Below are positions 10,039-20,746 of a DNA stretch of 32,000 bases, one piece after another. The DNA lies in the NCBI RefSeq assembly GCF_000039765.1, contig NC_004459.3:270001-302000 (forward strand), in the 5' to 3' direction. Position numbers and translations under genes: made by a program. The notes beneath the pieces were generated by a model. It ran no database searches and had not been told where the DNA came from. It saw nothing but the letters and a program-made list of their open reading frames with translations. The number at the start of each line of letters is the position of its first letter. Within the stretch, counting starts at the first letter, position 1. The DNA comes from Vibrio vulnificus CMCP6. GTDB lineage: Bacteria > Pseudomonadota > Gammaproteobacteria > Enterobacterales > Vibrionaceae.

Positions 10039-11475
10039 TTATGCGTTTACCGGTTCGAGTTCGCCTTTGGCTTCTGCTCGCTTGTAAAACACTAAAGTGA
10101 GGGCTGCTGGCAACACAATGGCGGTCAACATCGCCAGTGCGTAAATTCCCCAAAATTGTGGTTGAATTGAGAGAATGCCAGGTAGGCCACCCACCCCGAT
10201 GCCATTTGCCATCACACCAGCACCACCACAAATTGCGGCCGCGACAGCACTACCAATCATCGCGCTAAGCATAGGGAACTTGTACTTGAGGTTGATGCCG
10301 TACATGGCAGGCTCAGTCACACCTAAATAGGCTGAAATCGCAGCGGGTACAGAGATGTCACGCTCGCCATGTTTTTTACTGATAATGATGATGCCAACAA
10401 CGGCAGACGCCTGTGCGATATTTGACAACGCAATCAGCGGCCAAATTGGCGTACCACCCATCTCTTGCATCAACTGCAAATCCACCGCGTTGGTTGTATG
10501 GTGAATACCGGTGATCACAAGTGGTGCGTACAAGAAGCCAAAAATCATTGAGCCTAACACTGCAAAGTCGCCCGTCATGGCCGCTTTTGCCGCAAATGCC
10601 ACGCCATCACCCAGCACACGGCCAAACGGGCCAATCAAAGAATGGGCAAGAATAACGGATAGGATGATCGAGACAAACGGCACCACCACGAGGTAGAGGT
10701 AAGAAGGGACGATACGTTTTAGGTTAGTTTCAATGAAAGCCAACGCAACACCTGCCAACATGGCTGGGATCACCTGCGCTTGATAGCCGACCTTTTCAAT
10801 CACAAACAGACCAAAGTCCCACACTTCTGGGGCTTGTTTACCTATTAAGTAGGCGTTCATGAGCTGCGGTGAAACCAGTGTTACACCAAGTGTAATGCCC
10901 AAAATCGGTGTCCCGCCGAGTTTCTTCACGGTAGACCAGCACACCCCTACTGGTAAGAAGAAGAAAATAGCTTCGCCAATCAACCATAAAAAGGAGTGAA
11001 CCGTTGCCCAAAACTGGCTAATCTCCGTCAATGTCTGGCCATCAAACATCTTGATGTCACCAATCACATTACGGAAACCAAGGATTAAACCACCAGTGAT
11101 GATCGCAGGGAGCAGAGGGACAAAAATTTCAGCAAGATGGGAGATTCCGCGCTCAATGATGTTCATGTTTTGACGAGCCGCCAATTTCGCATCGTCTTTG
11201 CTCGCTTCCGATTTACCTGAAATCTCAAGCAACACTTTATAGACAGCATCAACTTCCGTGCCAATCACCACTTGAAATTGACCCGCGTTGGTAAAGCATC
11301 CTTTGACCATCGACAATGTTTCGATTTGCTTAACATCGGCGGCCGACGTGTCGTTCAACACAAAGCGAAGGCGTGTCAAACAGTGGCTGACACTGGCGAT
11401 GTTGTCGCTTCCTCCGACTAGCTCGATGAGACGTTCAACGTCCTTGCGCGCTATCTTACTCATAACTCTGTCCAC
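10039..11475 (-). CDS. treB: PTS trehalose transporter subunit IIBC
   Basis: EIIB cysteine region NIASVSHCLTRLRFVLND; EIIC GEAIFFFLPVGVCWSTVKKLGGTPILGI and GVTEPAMYGINLKYKFPM. Confidence 0.97.
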   Translation of the reverse strand: MDRVMSKIARKDVERLIELVGGSDNIASVSHCLTRLRFVLNDTSAADVKQIETLSMVKGCFTNAGQFQVVIGTEVDAVYKVLLEISGKSEASKDDAKLAARQNMNIIERGISHLAEIFVPLLPAIITGGLILGFRNVIGDIKMFDGQTLTEISQFWATVHSFLWLIGEAIFFFLPVGVCWSTVKKLGGTPILGITLGVTLVSPQLMNAYLIGKQAPEVWDFGLFVIEKVGYQAQVIPAMLAGVALAFIETNLKRIVPSYLYLVVVPFVSIILSVILAHSLIGPFGRVLGDGVAFAAKAAMTGDFAVLGSMIFGFLYAPLVITGIHHTTNAVDLQLMQEMGGTPIWPLIALSNIAQASAVVGIIIISKKHGERDISVPAAISAYLGVTEPAMYGINLKYKFPMLSAMIGSAVAAAICGGAGVMANGIGVGGLPGILSIQPQFWGIYALAMLTAIVLPAALTLVFYKRAEAKGELEPVNA

Positions 11476-11510
11476 CCTATTCTGATCTACTCAATTATAG
11501 TTTTTAGATA

Positions 11511-11526
11511 ATGGGAACATTCCCAT
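11511..11526. promoter_or_regulatory. TreR operator-like palindrome, site 1
   Basis: ATGGGAACATTCCCAT, in treR-treB intergenic region. Confidence 0.75.
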
Positions 11527-11565
11527 TCCTTGATTTAATATTGCCAGTTTTTATAAATAAACAAA

Positions 11566-11581
11566 ATGGGAACAGTCCCAT
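11566..11581. promoter_or_regulatory. TreR operator-like palindrome, site 2
   Basis: ATGGGAACAGTCCCAT, 55 bp centre-to-centre from site 1. Confidence 0.75.
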
Positions 11582-11632
11582 TAATTGAAAGTGATCACAG
11601 TCTAGATCGGAAAAACAAGAAAAATGAAAGGG

Positions 11633-12580
11633 TTAGTTTTGGATCGGTGCCTGAGTGATGTGCGAGATAGCTTCCTCACCATTCATCTGAGAAATCAGCA
11701 TCTTAGCGGCCTTTTCTCCCGCTTGCTTGTAACCGGGATCGACACTGAACACCTTTGGAAAAAGAAAAGAGAGCAACTCATTGCCACCCACACCAGTGAC
11801 ACAAACCTCTTCGCGCCCCAGTTCTTGAAGTCGCTTGATGACGCCCAAAGCCAAGGTATCGCTCGCACAGACAATCGCTTGAGTGTTTTCCGCTAACACC
11901 TCATCAACTAAGTGATAAGCACTCTCATGGTTGAGTTTGCCAGTTTGATAACGAGCTTCAACATCGTGTTTTTGGCACCACGACAAGTAGGCATTCAAAC
12001 GCGACCAGCCCGTGGTTTTATCTTCTTTATTCACACCGATATAAGCGATATGGCTCAGCGATAAAGATTGCAAGTGTTCTAACGCCAGCTCAATCACGCG
12101 CTGATTATCGTAGTTAATCGAAGACACCTCTTCCGCAGGCGTGGCAATCACCACGGCTCGATCTTGCCAACTGGCTAAGGTTTGTAGATCGATATCGGTA
12201 AAGCCAAACACAATGACGCCATCGACATTGCGACGACGCAGCACTTCTAAGTGCTCGTTGGTTTTCTCGCGATCGAACTGACTCTCCATGATCACCGCAT
12301 CGTATCCCGCTTGATACAGCACATTAAGCATACTACCTACAGCACGATTTTCTGAGGGAGAGTCGAGACGCGAGATAATTACCCCAACCACCTTCTGGCT
12401 ACCGCCACGCATCGATTGAGCGGATTTAGAAGGCACATAACCGGAATCTTGTATCACCTGTTCTACCTTCGCTCGGGTTTCAGGTTTTACCTTGGGATCA
12501 TTGGTCAGCACGCGCGAGACGGTCGATTTACCGACCCCAGACAAACGGGCAATATCAAGAATAGTCAGCTTTTTGCTCAT
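11633..12580 (-). CDS. treR: LacI-family trehalose operon repressor TreR
   Basis: N-terminal HTH KKLTILDIARLSGVGKSTVSRVLTNDPKVKPETRAKV; periplasmic-binding-like C-terminal domain; adjacent treBC. Confidence 0.96.
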   Translation of the reverse strand: MSKKLTILDIARLSGVGKSTVSRVLTNDPKVKPETRAKVEQVIQDSGYVPSKSAQSMRGGSQKVVGVIISRLDSPSENRAVGSMLNVLYQAGYDAVIMESQFDREKTNEHLEVLRRRNVDGVIVFGFTDIDLQTLASWQDRAVVIATPAEEVSSINYDNQRVIELALEHLQSLSLSHIAYIGVNKEDKTTGWSRLNAYLSWCQKHDVEARYQTGKLNHESAYHLVDEVLAENTQAIVCASDTLALGVIKRLQELGREEVCVTGVGGNELLSFLFPKVFSVDPGYKQAGEKAAKMLISQMNGEEAISHITQAPIQN

Positions 12581-12618
12581 AATAGGCCAAGAAAGACGTT
12601 CAATAATAAAAAGGCCGC

Positions 12619-13203
12619 TTAGCGACCTTTTACTTGTTCTTTTACATAAAGTGGCACATCACGGATGCTATCGAGCACCACGGTTGCCAGTTGCTCACCC
12701 TGCTGTGTGACAGGTTTGCCAGTGCGTACCAGAATCTTAGTTGCAACCCCTGCCGCTTCGGCAGCCATCATATCTTCGGCTTTGTCACCCACCATCACTG
12801 AGCGAGCCATATCGATTTTGAGGAAATCACGCGCTGAGATAAACATCCCAGGTTTTGGTTTGCGACAATCACAATCTTGTTTGTAATCCCCCACACCGTG
12901 TTCTGCATGGTGCGGACAGTAATAAATGCCGTCAAACTCAACGCCGTTGTCCGCAAAATTCCAATCCATCCATTGGGTCAGAGAAAGGAAGCGATCTTCG
13001 CTAAATTTGCCACGGGCAATCCCCGACTGATTGGTGACCAACACCAAAAGATACCCCATATCCTTTAGGGCCTTCGTCGCCTCAAACACCCCTTCAATGT
13101 ATTCAAAGTCGTGCTCGTCATGAACGTAACCATGATCAACGTTAATCACGCCATCACGATCCAAAAAAACAGCTGGTTTTGCCAAAGTATCTGTCTCTGT
13201 CAC
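12619..13203 (-). CDS. gmhB: D-glycero-beta-D-manno-heptose-1,7-bisphosphate 7-phosphatase (start uncertain: GTG ~13203 or TTG ~13185)
   Basis: HAD motif [18 protein letters not shown]; [10 protein letters not shown]; CRKPKPGM; MVGDKAEDM. The first ~33 aa of the track ORF (from 13302) do not look like coding sequence. Confidence 0.93.
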   Translation of the reverse strand: MTETDTLAKPAVFLDRDGVINVDHGYVHDEHDFEYIEGVFEATKALKDMGYLLVLVTNQSGIARGKFSEDRFLSLTQWMDWNFADNGVEFDGIYYCPHHAEHGVGDYKQDCDCRKPKPGMFISARDFLKIDMARSVMVGDKAEDMMAAEAAGVATKILVRTGKPVTQQGEQLATVVLDSIRDVPLYVKEQVKGR

Positions 13204-13333
13204 AAAGGAATATAAGCCGAGATTATACCTTAAAAGCGCTACATTGCGAGTTTCCAAGCCGTGAGGTACATCGTCAAAACACCCTCTATATACGAATATC
13301 AACTAACTCATAGCAAATCCGTTAGCCTCAAAC

Positions 13334-13357
13334 GAACGTTTAGACGTCTAGACGTAA
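13334..13357. promoter_or_regulatory. MetJ operator (tandem met boxes) upstream of metN
   Basis: GAACGTTT-AGACGTCT-AGACGTAA; central box is the exact consensus AGACGTCT, flanking boxes partial. Confidence 0.85.
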
Positions 13358-13455
13358 AAATATCTATTGACTTAAAAACACGAAAGCCATAGCATCATCT
13401 GAAAAGTGAGCTAGAGCTCAAAATATTATTCTGTTGTCCCTGCACAGGTTGAGAA

Positions 13456-14490
13456 ATGATTGAAATTAACCAAGTAAATAAAGTGTTCTATCAAGGCAGT
13501 AAGGAAATCCATGCCTTGAAAGACATTAACTTACACATCGCAGAAGGCACCATTTTTGGTGTGATCGGATCATCGGGTGCAGGGAAAAGCACGCTGATCC
13601 GCTGCGTGAACATGTTAGAAGCACCAACCAGTGGTTCCATTGTGGTGGATGGTGTTGATTTAACAAAATTGAGTAAAAAGCAACTCAGCGAAACTCGCCG
13701 CAATATCGGCATGATTTTCCAGCACTTCAACTTGCTCTCTTCTCGCACTGTGTTTGACAACGTTGCACTGCCATTAGAGTTGGCTGGAAAAGACAAAGAG
13801 CAAATCCAAAGCAAAGTAACGGAGCTGCTCAAGTTGGTGGGTTTGGCTGACAAGCACGAAAGCTATCCAGCCAACTTAAGTGGTGGTCAAAAGCAACGTG
13901 TGGCGATTGCACGAGCATTGGCCAGCGATCCCAAAGTACTGCTGTGTGATGAAGCCACCAGCGCGCTGGATCCTGCGACCACTCAATCCATTTTGGAGTT
14001 GCTCAAAGAGATCAACCGCAAGCTGAAAATCACCATTTTGCTCATCACTCATGAAATGGATGTCGTGAAAAGCATCTGTCACGAAGTAGCCATCATTGGT
14101 GGCGGTGAATTGGTTGAGAAAGGCACCGTCGGTGAAATTTTTGCCCATCCTAAAACGGAATTGGCGCATGATTTTATCCGCTCAACACTGGATCTTTCTA
14201 TTCCTGAAGATTACCAAGTGCGTTTGCAACCCACTCGCGTCGCAGGCAGCTATCCTTTAGTGCGTTTGGAATTTACCGGCGCGACGGTTGATGCACCTTT
14301 GGTGTCGCAGATTTCTCGTAAATACAACATCGACATCAGCATTCTCAGTTCCGATCTCGACTACGCCGGCGGAGTGAAGTTTGGCATGATGGTCGCAGAA
14401 CTGTTTGGTAACGAAGAAGACGATAACGCAGCGATTGAATACCTGCGCGAGCACAACGTAAAAGTGGAGGTTCTGGGTTATGTCCTTTAA
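13456..14490 (+). CDS. metN: D/L-methionine ABC transporter ATP-binding protein
   Basis: Walker [10 protein letters not shown], signature [15 protein letters not shown], Walker [13 protein letters not shown]; C-terminal NIL domain; MetJ site upstream; metI and metQ downstream. Confidence 0.98.
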   Translation: MIEINQVNKVFYQGSKEIHALKDINLHIAEGTIFGVIGSSGAGKSTLIRCVNMLEAPTSGSIVVDGVDLTKLSKKQLSETRRNIGMIFQHFNLLSSRTVFDNVALPLELAGKDKEQIQSKVTELLKLVGLADKHESYPANLSGGQKQRVAIARALASDPKVLLCDEATSALDPATTQSILELLKEINRKLKITILLITHEMDVVKSICHEVAIIGGGELVEKGTVGEIFAHPKTELAHDFIRSTLDLSIPEDYQVRLQPTRVAGSYPLVRLEFTGATVDAPLVSQISRKYNIDISILSSDLDYAGGVKFGMMVAELFGNEEDDNAAIEYLREHNVKVEVLGYVL

Positions 14491-15157
14491 TGACCTATCT
14501 CAATGGCTCAGTTTGAACACTGACCTGCTGCTGGGCGCGACTTGGCAAACGCTTTATATGGTTGCCGTTGCTGGCGTCGTTGGTTTTGCGATTGGTATTC
14601 CTTTGGGCGTGATTCTGCACACCACCAAAAAAGGTGGCTTGCTTGAAAACACCAAACTCAACAGCGTACTTGGCGCCATTGTTAATATTGGCCGCTCGGT
14701 GCCATTTTTGGTCTTGATGGTGGCGATCATTCCCGTCACAAAACTGTTAGTGGGTACATTTATCGGCACTACAGCAGCGATTGTTCCACTCACCATTGGG
14801 GCCATCCCATTTGTTGCGCGCCTGATTGAAGGAGCCTTGTTGGAAGTTCCAACTGGCCTGATTGAAGCGGCACAATCGATGGGTGCAACACCACTACAAA
14901 TCATCACTAAGGTACTGCTTCCTGAAGCATTGCCGACCATTGTTAACTCCGTCACTATTACGTTGGTAACATTGGTGAGCTACTCTGCCATGGCGGGCAC
15001 CGTTGGTGGCGGCGGTCTCGGTGACGTAGCCATTCGCTACGGTTTCCACCGCTACGATATCACTATCATGGCGGTCACTGTCGTGATGTTGATTGTGTTG
15101 GTACAAATTATTCAGTCTATCGGTGACGCCATCGTGCGCCGTGTAGACCACAGATAA
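14480..15157 (+). CDS. metI: Methionine ABC transporter permease
   Basis: BPD permease [24 protein letters not shown]; overlaps metN end. Confidence 0.98.
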   Translation: MSFNDLSQWLSLNTDLLLGATWQTLYMVAVAGVVGFAIGIPLGVILHTTKKGGLLENTKLNSVLGAIVNIGRSVPFLVLMVAIIPVTKLLVGTFIGTTAAIVPLTIGAIPFVARLIEGALLEVPTGLIEAAQSMGATPLQIITKVLLPEALPTIVNSVTITLVTLVSYSAMAGTVGGGGLGDVAIRYGFHRYDITIMAVTVVMLIVLVQIIQSIGDAIVRRVDHR

Positions 15158-15192
15158 GCATTGAAAGATTCAAAATAATAAGGAGATTTACT

Positions 15193-16002
15193 ATGAAATT
15201 TAGCCTTAAAGGTTTACTGACCATTATTGCTGCTGCCTCAACATTGGTATTGGCTGGTTGTGGCGAAAAAGCGACTGACACGAGCAAAGTAAAAGTTGGC
15301 GTTATGGCGGGTGCCGAAGCACAAGTTGCGGAAGTCGCTGCGAAAGTAGCCAAAGAAAAATACGGCCTTGACGTGGAATTGGTCACCTTCACTGACTACG
15401 TGACACCAAACGCGGCATTGGATGACGGTTCTATCGATATCAACGCGTTCCAACACAAGCCATATCTAGATCGTCAAGTAGAAGACCGTGACTACAAACT
15501 GACCATCGCTGGCAACACTTTTGTATACCCTATCGCAGGCTACTCAAAACAAGTGAAATCGGTTGAAGAGTTGGCTGACGGCGTGCGTATTGCGGTACCA
15601 AACGATCCAACCAACCTTGGCCGCTCTCTGCTGCTTCTTGAGCAACAAGGTTTGATCAAACTACGTCCAGAAGTGGGCCTACTTGCGACCGTTCGTGACA
15701 TCGTTGAGAATCCAAAGAACATCACTATCGTCGAGCTCGATGCTGCTCAGCTTCCACGCTCACTTGACGACGTGGCTCTGTCTATCATCAACACCACTTA
15801 CGCGAGCTCTATCAACCTAACTCCGGAAAAAGACGGCGTATTTGTTGAAGACAAAGAATCTCCATACGTGAACCTGATTGTGGCTCGCCAAGACAACGTT
15901 CAAAACGAAAATGTACAGAACTTTGTTAAAGCGTACCAAACTGAAGAAGTCTACACGGCAGCAAAAGAAATCTTCAAAGGCGGCGTAGTAAAAGGCTGGT
16001 AA
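15193..16002 (+). CDS. metQ: Methionine-binding lipoprotein MetQ
   Basis: Lipobox LAGC; VTFTDYVTPNAALDDGSIDINAFQHKPYLD is typical of the NlpA/MetQ family. Confidence 0.98.
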   Translation: MKFSLKGLLTIIAAASTLVLAGCGEKATDTSKVKVGVMAGAEAQVAEVAAKVAKEKYGLDVELVTFTDYVTPNAALDDGSIDINAFQHKPYLDRQVEDRDYKLTIAGNTFVYPIAGYSKQVKSVEELADGVRIAVPNDPTNLGRSLLLLEQQGLIKLRPEVGLLATVRDIVENPKNITIVELDAAQLPRSLDDVALSIINTTYASSINLTPEKDGVFVEDKESPYVNLIVARQDNVQNENVQNFVKAYQTEEVYTAAKEIFKGGVVKGW

Positions 16003-16035
16003 TTTCGATAGAAAAAGTCGAAGTTCATCAAAACA

Positions 16036-16069
16036 AAAAAGGTTGGTGTGAGAGCGTCAACCCTTTTTG
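16036..16069 (+). terminator. Intrinsic terminator-like hairpin after metQ
   Basis: AAAAAGGTTGGTGT...GCGTCAACCCTTTTT. Confidence 0.65.
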
Positions 16070-16088
16070 CATGTTGAGATTCCACTTG

Positions 16089-16865
16089 CTACTTCAAATG
16101 ATCCCAAGAGATGTTTGAGACGATACGGCAGTCGTCACATTTGAAATAAAAGATATCGTGCAGTGGCTCATCGAGTAGCCATTCACCACCACATTTCGGG
16201 CACTTGCGCGCTTGCTCTTCGGCGAGCGAATGACCGCCAACACGATATTGGTAATAGTAGGTCGGCACTTTCGTGATGTACTCAATACGGCCACGAAGAT
16301 CCCAACCTCGCTTGAACAAGACACTGTCCACGTCGCACATCTCATGCAGTGCGGCATGCTCGGCGCGACACGCCCCGGCCATCTGCAGCTCATCACACGC
16401 TTGCCATTCGGTTTGCCACTTAATCACCGCTTTGTGATCGCCATTTAACGTCGGGCCATTGCGATACAAAGGGATTGGCAGCAAAGTTTCACCGCTTCTC
16501 AGCGGCGAGCAGGTATGCACATAAGTGGTATACAGCACCTGCCAACTTGGCGTTTCGATTTCTGCCGCTTCTTCTGAGTTAATGTCTCGTCCCAGCAAGC
16601 GCATTTTGGGCGCAAGTAACGCCGCCTCTGAAAGTCGATTGAAACAAACGCGCACATAATCGGAATGATAACGCGGGTGTAAGCTCTCTTTTTCAGGGCA
16701 AACCGCACGAACAAAAAATTCCCCATCGCCCATCACAATCGGAAACTCACGCCCCAGCACTTGGCCGTTATAACGCAACGCATCCATTAGGCCATTAATC
16801 GCTTTATCGACCGCGCTGATGGTGGTGTTGTCGAAACACTCAAACTGCAATTCAACTACGTACAT
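16089..16865 (-). CDS. Zn-ribbon-containing protein (DUF2310-like)
   Basis: 258 aa; C-terminal CPKCGGEW...FKCDDCRIVSN zinc ribbon; starts 3 nt after the syd stop codon. Confidence 0.75.
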   Translation of the reverse strand: MYVVELQFECFDNTTISAVDKAINGLMDALRYNGQVLGREFPIVMGDGEFFVRAVCPEKESLHPRYHSDYVRVCFNRLSEAALLAPKMRLLGRDINSEEAAEIETPSWQVLYTTYVHTCSPLRSGETLLPIPLYRNGPTLNGDHKAVIKWQTEWQACDELQMAGACRAEHAALHEMCDVDSVLFKRGWDLRGRIEYITKVPTYYYQYRVGGHSLAEEQARKCPKCGGEWLLDEPLHDIFYFKCDDCRIVSNISWDHLK

Positions 16866-16868
16866 CGG

Positions 16869-17426
<558 letters not shown>

Positions 17427-17511
17427 CTATACCTTGTGAGCCAACAAGATGGCTTTTAAACGATGGATTCAGTAAAATTCCCGCCATTCTAATCGAAAAT
17501 GACCGCAAAGT

Positions 17512-18357
17512 ATGAGCAAATATTCTGACGCGAAAGAGCTTGCTGGCCTAACGCTGGGTAAGAAAACCGACTACGCCAACCAATACGATCCTAGCTTGCT
17601 ACAGCCTGTACCACGTAGCCTCAACCGTGACGATCTTCAGTTGGGTGATGAGCTGCCCTTTATGGGCCACGACATCTGGACGTTATATGAGCTCTCTTGG
17701 CTCAACAGCAAAGGGTTGCCTCAGGTCGCGGTCGGTGAAGTGTATATCCCAGCCACCAGCGCCAACTTGATTGAATCAAAGTCATTCAAACTCTACCTCA
17801 ATAGCTACAACCAAACCCGTTTTGATAGCTGGGAAGAAGTTCGTCAACGCTTGATTACCGATCTTTCTCATTGCGCAGGCGAAGCGGTGGAAGTGGCGGT
17901 GAACTCGGTCACTCATTACACCCAGCAACCTATCGTGACGATGGAAGGGGAATGCATCGACGAACAAGACATCGACATATCCAGTTACGATTTTGATGAC
18001 CGCTTGCTCGAAGGCGCTGCGGGCGAAGAGTGGGTGACAGAAACGCTACACAGCCATCTGCTCAAATCGAACTGTTTGATCACCAATCAACCGGACTGGG
18101 GCAGCGTCGAAATTCGCTACCAAGGCCACAAGATTGATCGCGAAAAACTGTTGCGCTACCTTGTGTCATTCCGCGAACACAATGAGTTCCACGAACAGTG
18201 CGTAGAGCGCATATTCACCGACCTCATGAAATATTGTCAGCCAGAATCACTGACGGTGTTTGCTCGTTATACTCGTCGCGGTGGATTAGACATCAATCCA
18301 TACCGTTCAACCGAGCAAGCGAAGCCAGATCATAATCATCGAATGGCTCGTCAGTAA
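17512..18357 (+). CDS. queF: NADPH-dependent 7-cyano-7-deazaguanine reductase QueF
   Basis: [53 protein letters not shown] motifs. Confidence 0.97.
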   Translation: MSKYSDAKELAGLTLGKKTDYANQYDPSLLQPVPRSLNRDDLQLGDELPFMGHDIWTLYELSWLNSKGLPQVAVGEVYIPATSANLIESKSFKLYLNSYNQTRFDSWEEVRQRLITDLSHCAGEAVEVAVNSVTHYTQQPIVTMEGECIDEQDIDISSYDFDDRLLEGAAGEEWVTETLHSHLLKSNCLITNQPDWGSVEIRYQGHKIDREKLLRYLVSFREHNEFHEQCVERIFTDLMKYCQPESLTVFARYTRRGGLDINPYRSTEQAKPDHNHRMARQ

Positions 18358-18382
18358 CACGTCTGTCAAAAAGGAATTCACT

Positions 18383-20647
18383 ATGCGTTGGCAACGGTTT
18401 TTCGCAGTTTTATTTTTGCTGGTTTGCATGCAAGTGCAAGCGACCCCGCTCTCCTCAGTGCTACTCACTGAGGCTGAGCAATTGGTGGAAATTGAACCCG
18501 ACCAAGCAAAAAAAATCGTGCAGAATTACCTCACCCAACGCGAATTAACTGACAATCAAGAAAAAAGTCCGTCGGCGATTTCTCGTGAAGACGCCGATCG
18601 CACTTTGCGCACCCCAAGTGGCAGCGTTGAAGCATACAAAATCCTCGCGCAAGCGGAATTTGCTCTTGGTAATCAACGATCAGCTCTCATGCAGCTAGAG
18701 ACGGCGCAACAACTGAGCAAAACCTTCCATCTCCCTTATCTTGAGATGGAAGTCAAACTGATGCGTACCCAGTTGGAGTGGCAATACAGCAAGGACTACG
18801 CGACGGCAGAGCAAGCGCTCAAACAGATTAGTGAACAGTTGGATCAGGCCACTAACTCATTGCAAATGAGCGACAGTGTGAAATACCGTTTGCTGATGCA
18901 ACAAGCCTTGCTCGCTTCCCAGCAGAATGCGTTGCAACAAGCTGAGCAATATTATGCGCAGGCGAAAGAGCTGATCAAAAACACCCGCTCAGAAAACATC
19001 ATTATCGACTACCACATCGCGGTGGGTGAGTTTTATCTGAGCCATCAAAAGTACAACTTGGCACTGTCTGAATTGCTGTTTGGTTATTGGCAAGCGGTGG
19101 AAGGCAACAAGAGTGCTCGACTGGCCAAAGTGAACCGCCTTTTGGCACAACTGTTTGAAGAGCGACGCGTACTCGACAAAGCCCTTGAATACTTATCGCA
19201 GGCAGCCGACTTTTACGACAGCTACCCCAACTCCCCTATCCTTGCACAAGTGATGGAGCAAATGGGCGATATCTACTTCCGCCAAGGCAAGTACAACTTA
19301 GCATTAGTGCACTATTTCAATGTGCTCGACCATGACAGCTCGGCTCGCAACATCAAGCAGGTGATCAGCATTCGTTTGAACCTTGCCGCCACCTATCTGC
19401 AACTCTATAACTACCCACTGGCAGAGCAATACCTAGAGCGCGCCGAAGACGTTCTCGAGTTTTCCGATATTCCCGAGTTAAAAGCCAAAGCGGCATTAAT
19501 GAAAGCAGGATTGGCGTTTTACCAAAATGACAGCCAAGCGGTGATCAGCAACGCCAACAAAGCGTTGGAGATTGCCAACGCGCAGCCAGAAGAACAACTG
19601 AGCGTGAAGCAGAATGCTTACCAACTGCTCTCTTTGGGTTACGAGCAATCAGCACAATACGCGTTATCGCTACAAAATCTGCGCCGCTACAATAATTTGG
19701 TCAGTATTGAACAAAAAGAACTGAACCAAATCAGTGAAGATGCCTTCCGCCAACAAAAAGAATTTGCCGAGCAGACCATTCACTACATTGGCCAAGCACA
19801 ACAACTCGAAAAAGTAACGGTGGAGCACGCCAAATTTCAGAAAATCGCCTTTGCGCTATTCTTGCTCTCTCTCGTGCTTTTCTTATTGCTCATGAGACGC
19901 GGTGTGTTACTGCAACGGCAGTCGGCGCAAATCGAGCAGCTTACGAGTGATCTGTACACCCACTCACGCTCAAAGCTACGTAATCTGCGCATGTTGAACG
20001 TGAAACTCTCAAATTCATTGCGCAAAGCCAATGAAACGTTTGAGCAATGGCAGTTAGGTGAACTGATCCATGAGCCGCTCAACGATCGCTTACGCTTTGT
20101 GATGATTGATTTGCCGTTTTTGCGCAGCATGTACGTGCAGCATGGCTATAAAGCGGGCCTAGAACTTGAGCGCGCCTTTGGTGCGTTCATGAGTGAGAAA
20201 ATCCAAAAACCTGCGCGCCTCTACCACTTTTCGGATGCCAATTTGCTTTATATCGAACCCAATGCCGAGCGCGATTATTCAGCTGAGGCGGTTTTTAGTA
20301 AAGTGCAAGCGTGGGTAGATGAGTTTGCCGCTGAACACGCGGTCAACCGAACCGTTCGAATGGGCATGGCCGATTACCCATTTTTGCCGCGCGCCTACAC
20401 GGCGATCAACGATCAAGAGCTGCTTGATTTGCTGTTGCTCGCAACTCATCTTGCTCGTGAAGTCAGTTTGACAGACAAGTGCAGCCATTACGTTTATCTT
20501 AAAGCCATAGAGAATGCCCCCGCAGCAAGCCTTGCAACTGGTAACATAAGAAATGCCTGCCAGCAGGCCATCCATCAAGGCTTAATAAAGATACACTCGT
20601 CGTATCAGAATGAGGACAACCTCAAAAAATTATTAAAAAGTGAATAA
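18383..20647 (+). CDS. Signal peptide / TPR repeats / TM helix / degenerate GGDEF-like cytoplasmic domain protein
   Basis: Predicted signal peptide; multiple TPR-like units (AQVMEQMGDIYFRQGKYNLALVHYFNVLDHD...; LNLAATYLQLYNYPLAEQYLERAEDVL); TM segment IAFALFLLSLVLFLLLM; C-terminal RFVMIDLPFLRSMYVQHGYKAGLELERAFG...ARLYHFSDANLLYIEP resembles a GGDEF fold with the motif replaced by FSDAN. Confidence 0.8.
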   Translation: MRWQRFFAVLFLLVCMQVQATPLSSVLLTEAEQLVEIEPDQAKKIVQNYLTQRELTDNQEKSPSAISREDADRTLRTPSGSVEAYKILAQAEFALGNQRSALMQLETAQQLSKTFHLPYLEMEVKLMRTQLEWQYSKDYATAEQALKQISEQLDQATNSLQMSDSVKYRLLMQQALLASQQNALQQAEQYYAQAKELIKNTRSENIIIDYHIAVGEFYLSHQKYNLALSELLFGYWQAVEGNKSARLAKVNRLLAQLFEERRVLDKALEYLSQAADFYDSYPNSPILAQVMEQMGDIYFRQGKYNLALVHYFNVLDHDSSARNIKQVISIRLNLAATYLQLYNYPLAEQYLERAEDVLEFSDIPELKAKAALMKAGLAFYQNDSQAVISNANKALEIANAQPEEQLSVKQNAYQLLSLGYEQSAQYALSLQNLRRYNNLVSIEQKELNQISEDAFRQQKEFAEQTIHYIGQAQQLEKVTVEHAKFQKIAFALFLLSLVLFLLLMRRGVLLQRQSAQIEQLTSDLYTHSRSKLRNLRMLNVKLSNSLRKANETFEQWQLGELIHEPLNDRLRFVMIDLPFLRSMYVQHGYKAGLELERAFGAFMSEKIQKPARLYHFSDANLLYIEPNAERDYSAEAVFSKVQAWVDEFAAEHAVNRTVRMGMADYPFLPRAYTAINDQELLDLLLLATHLAREVSLTDKCSHYVYLKAIENAPAASLATGNIRNACQQAIHQGLIKIHSSYQNEDNLKKLLKSE

Positions 20648-20746
20648 TTCTCAAGCAATCAAACCGTAAGAGAGATGACGCTATAATGTTTTTTGTTATT
20701 ATCGAACTCATTCTTTAGTCGTACATGGACCGTGTTGTAGTTCTTA

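Noticed and set aside
14554-14955. 133-aa minus-strand ORF antisense to metI
   Set aside because: Antisense shadow of the conserved permease gene with low-complexity T/S/P content.
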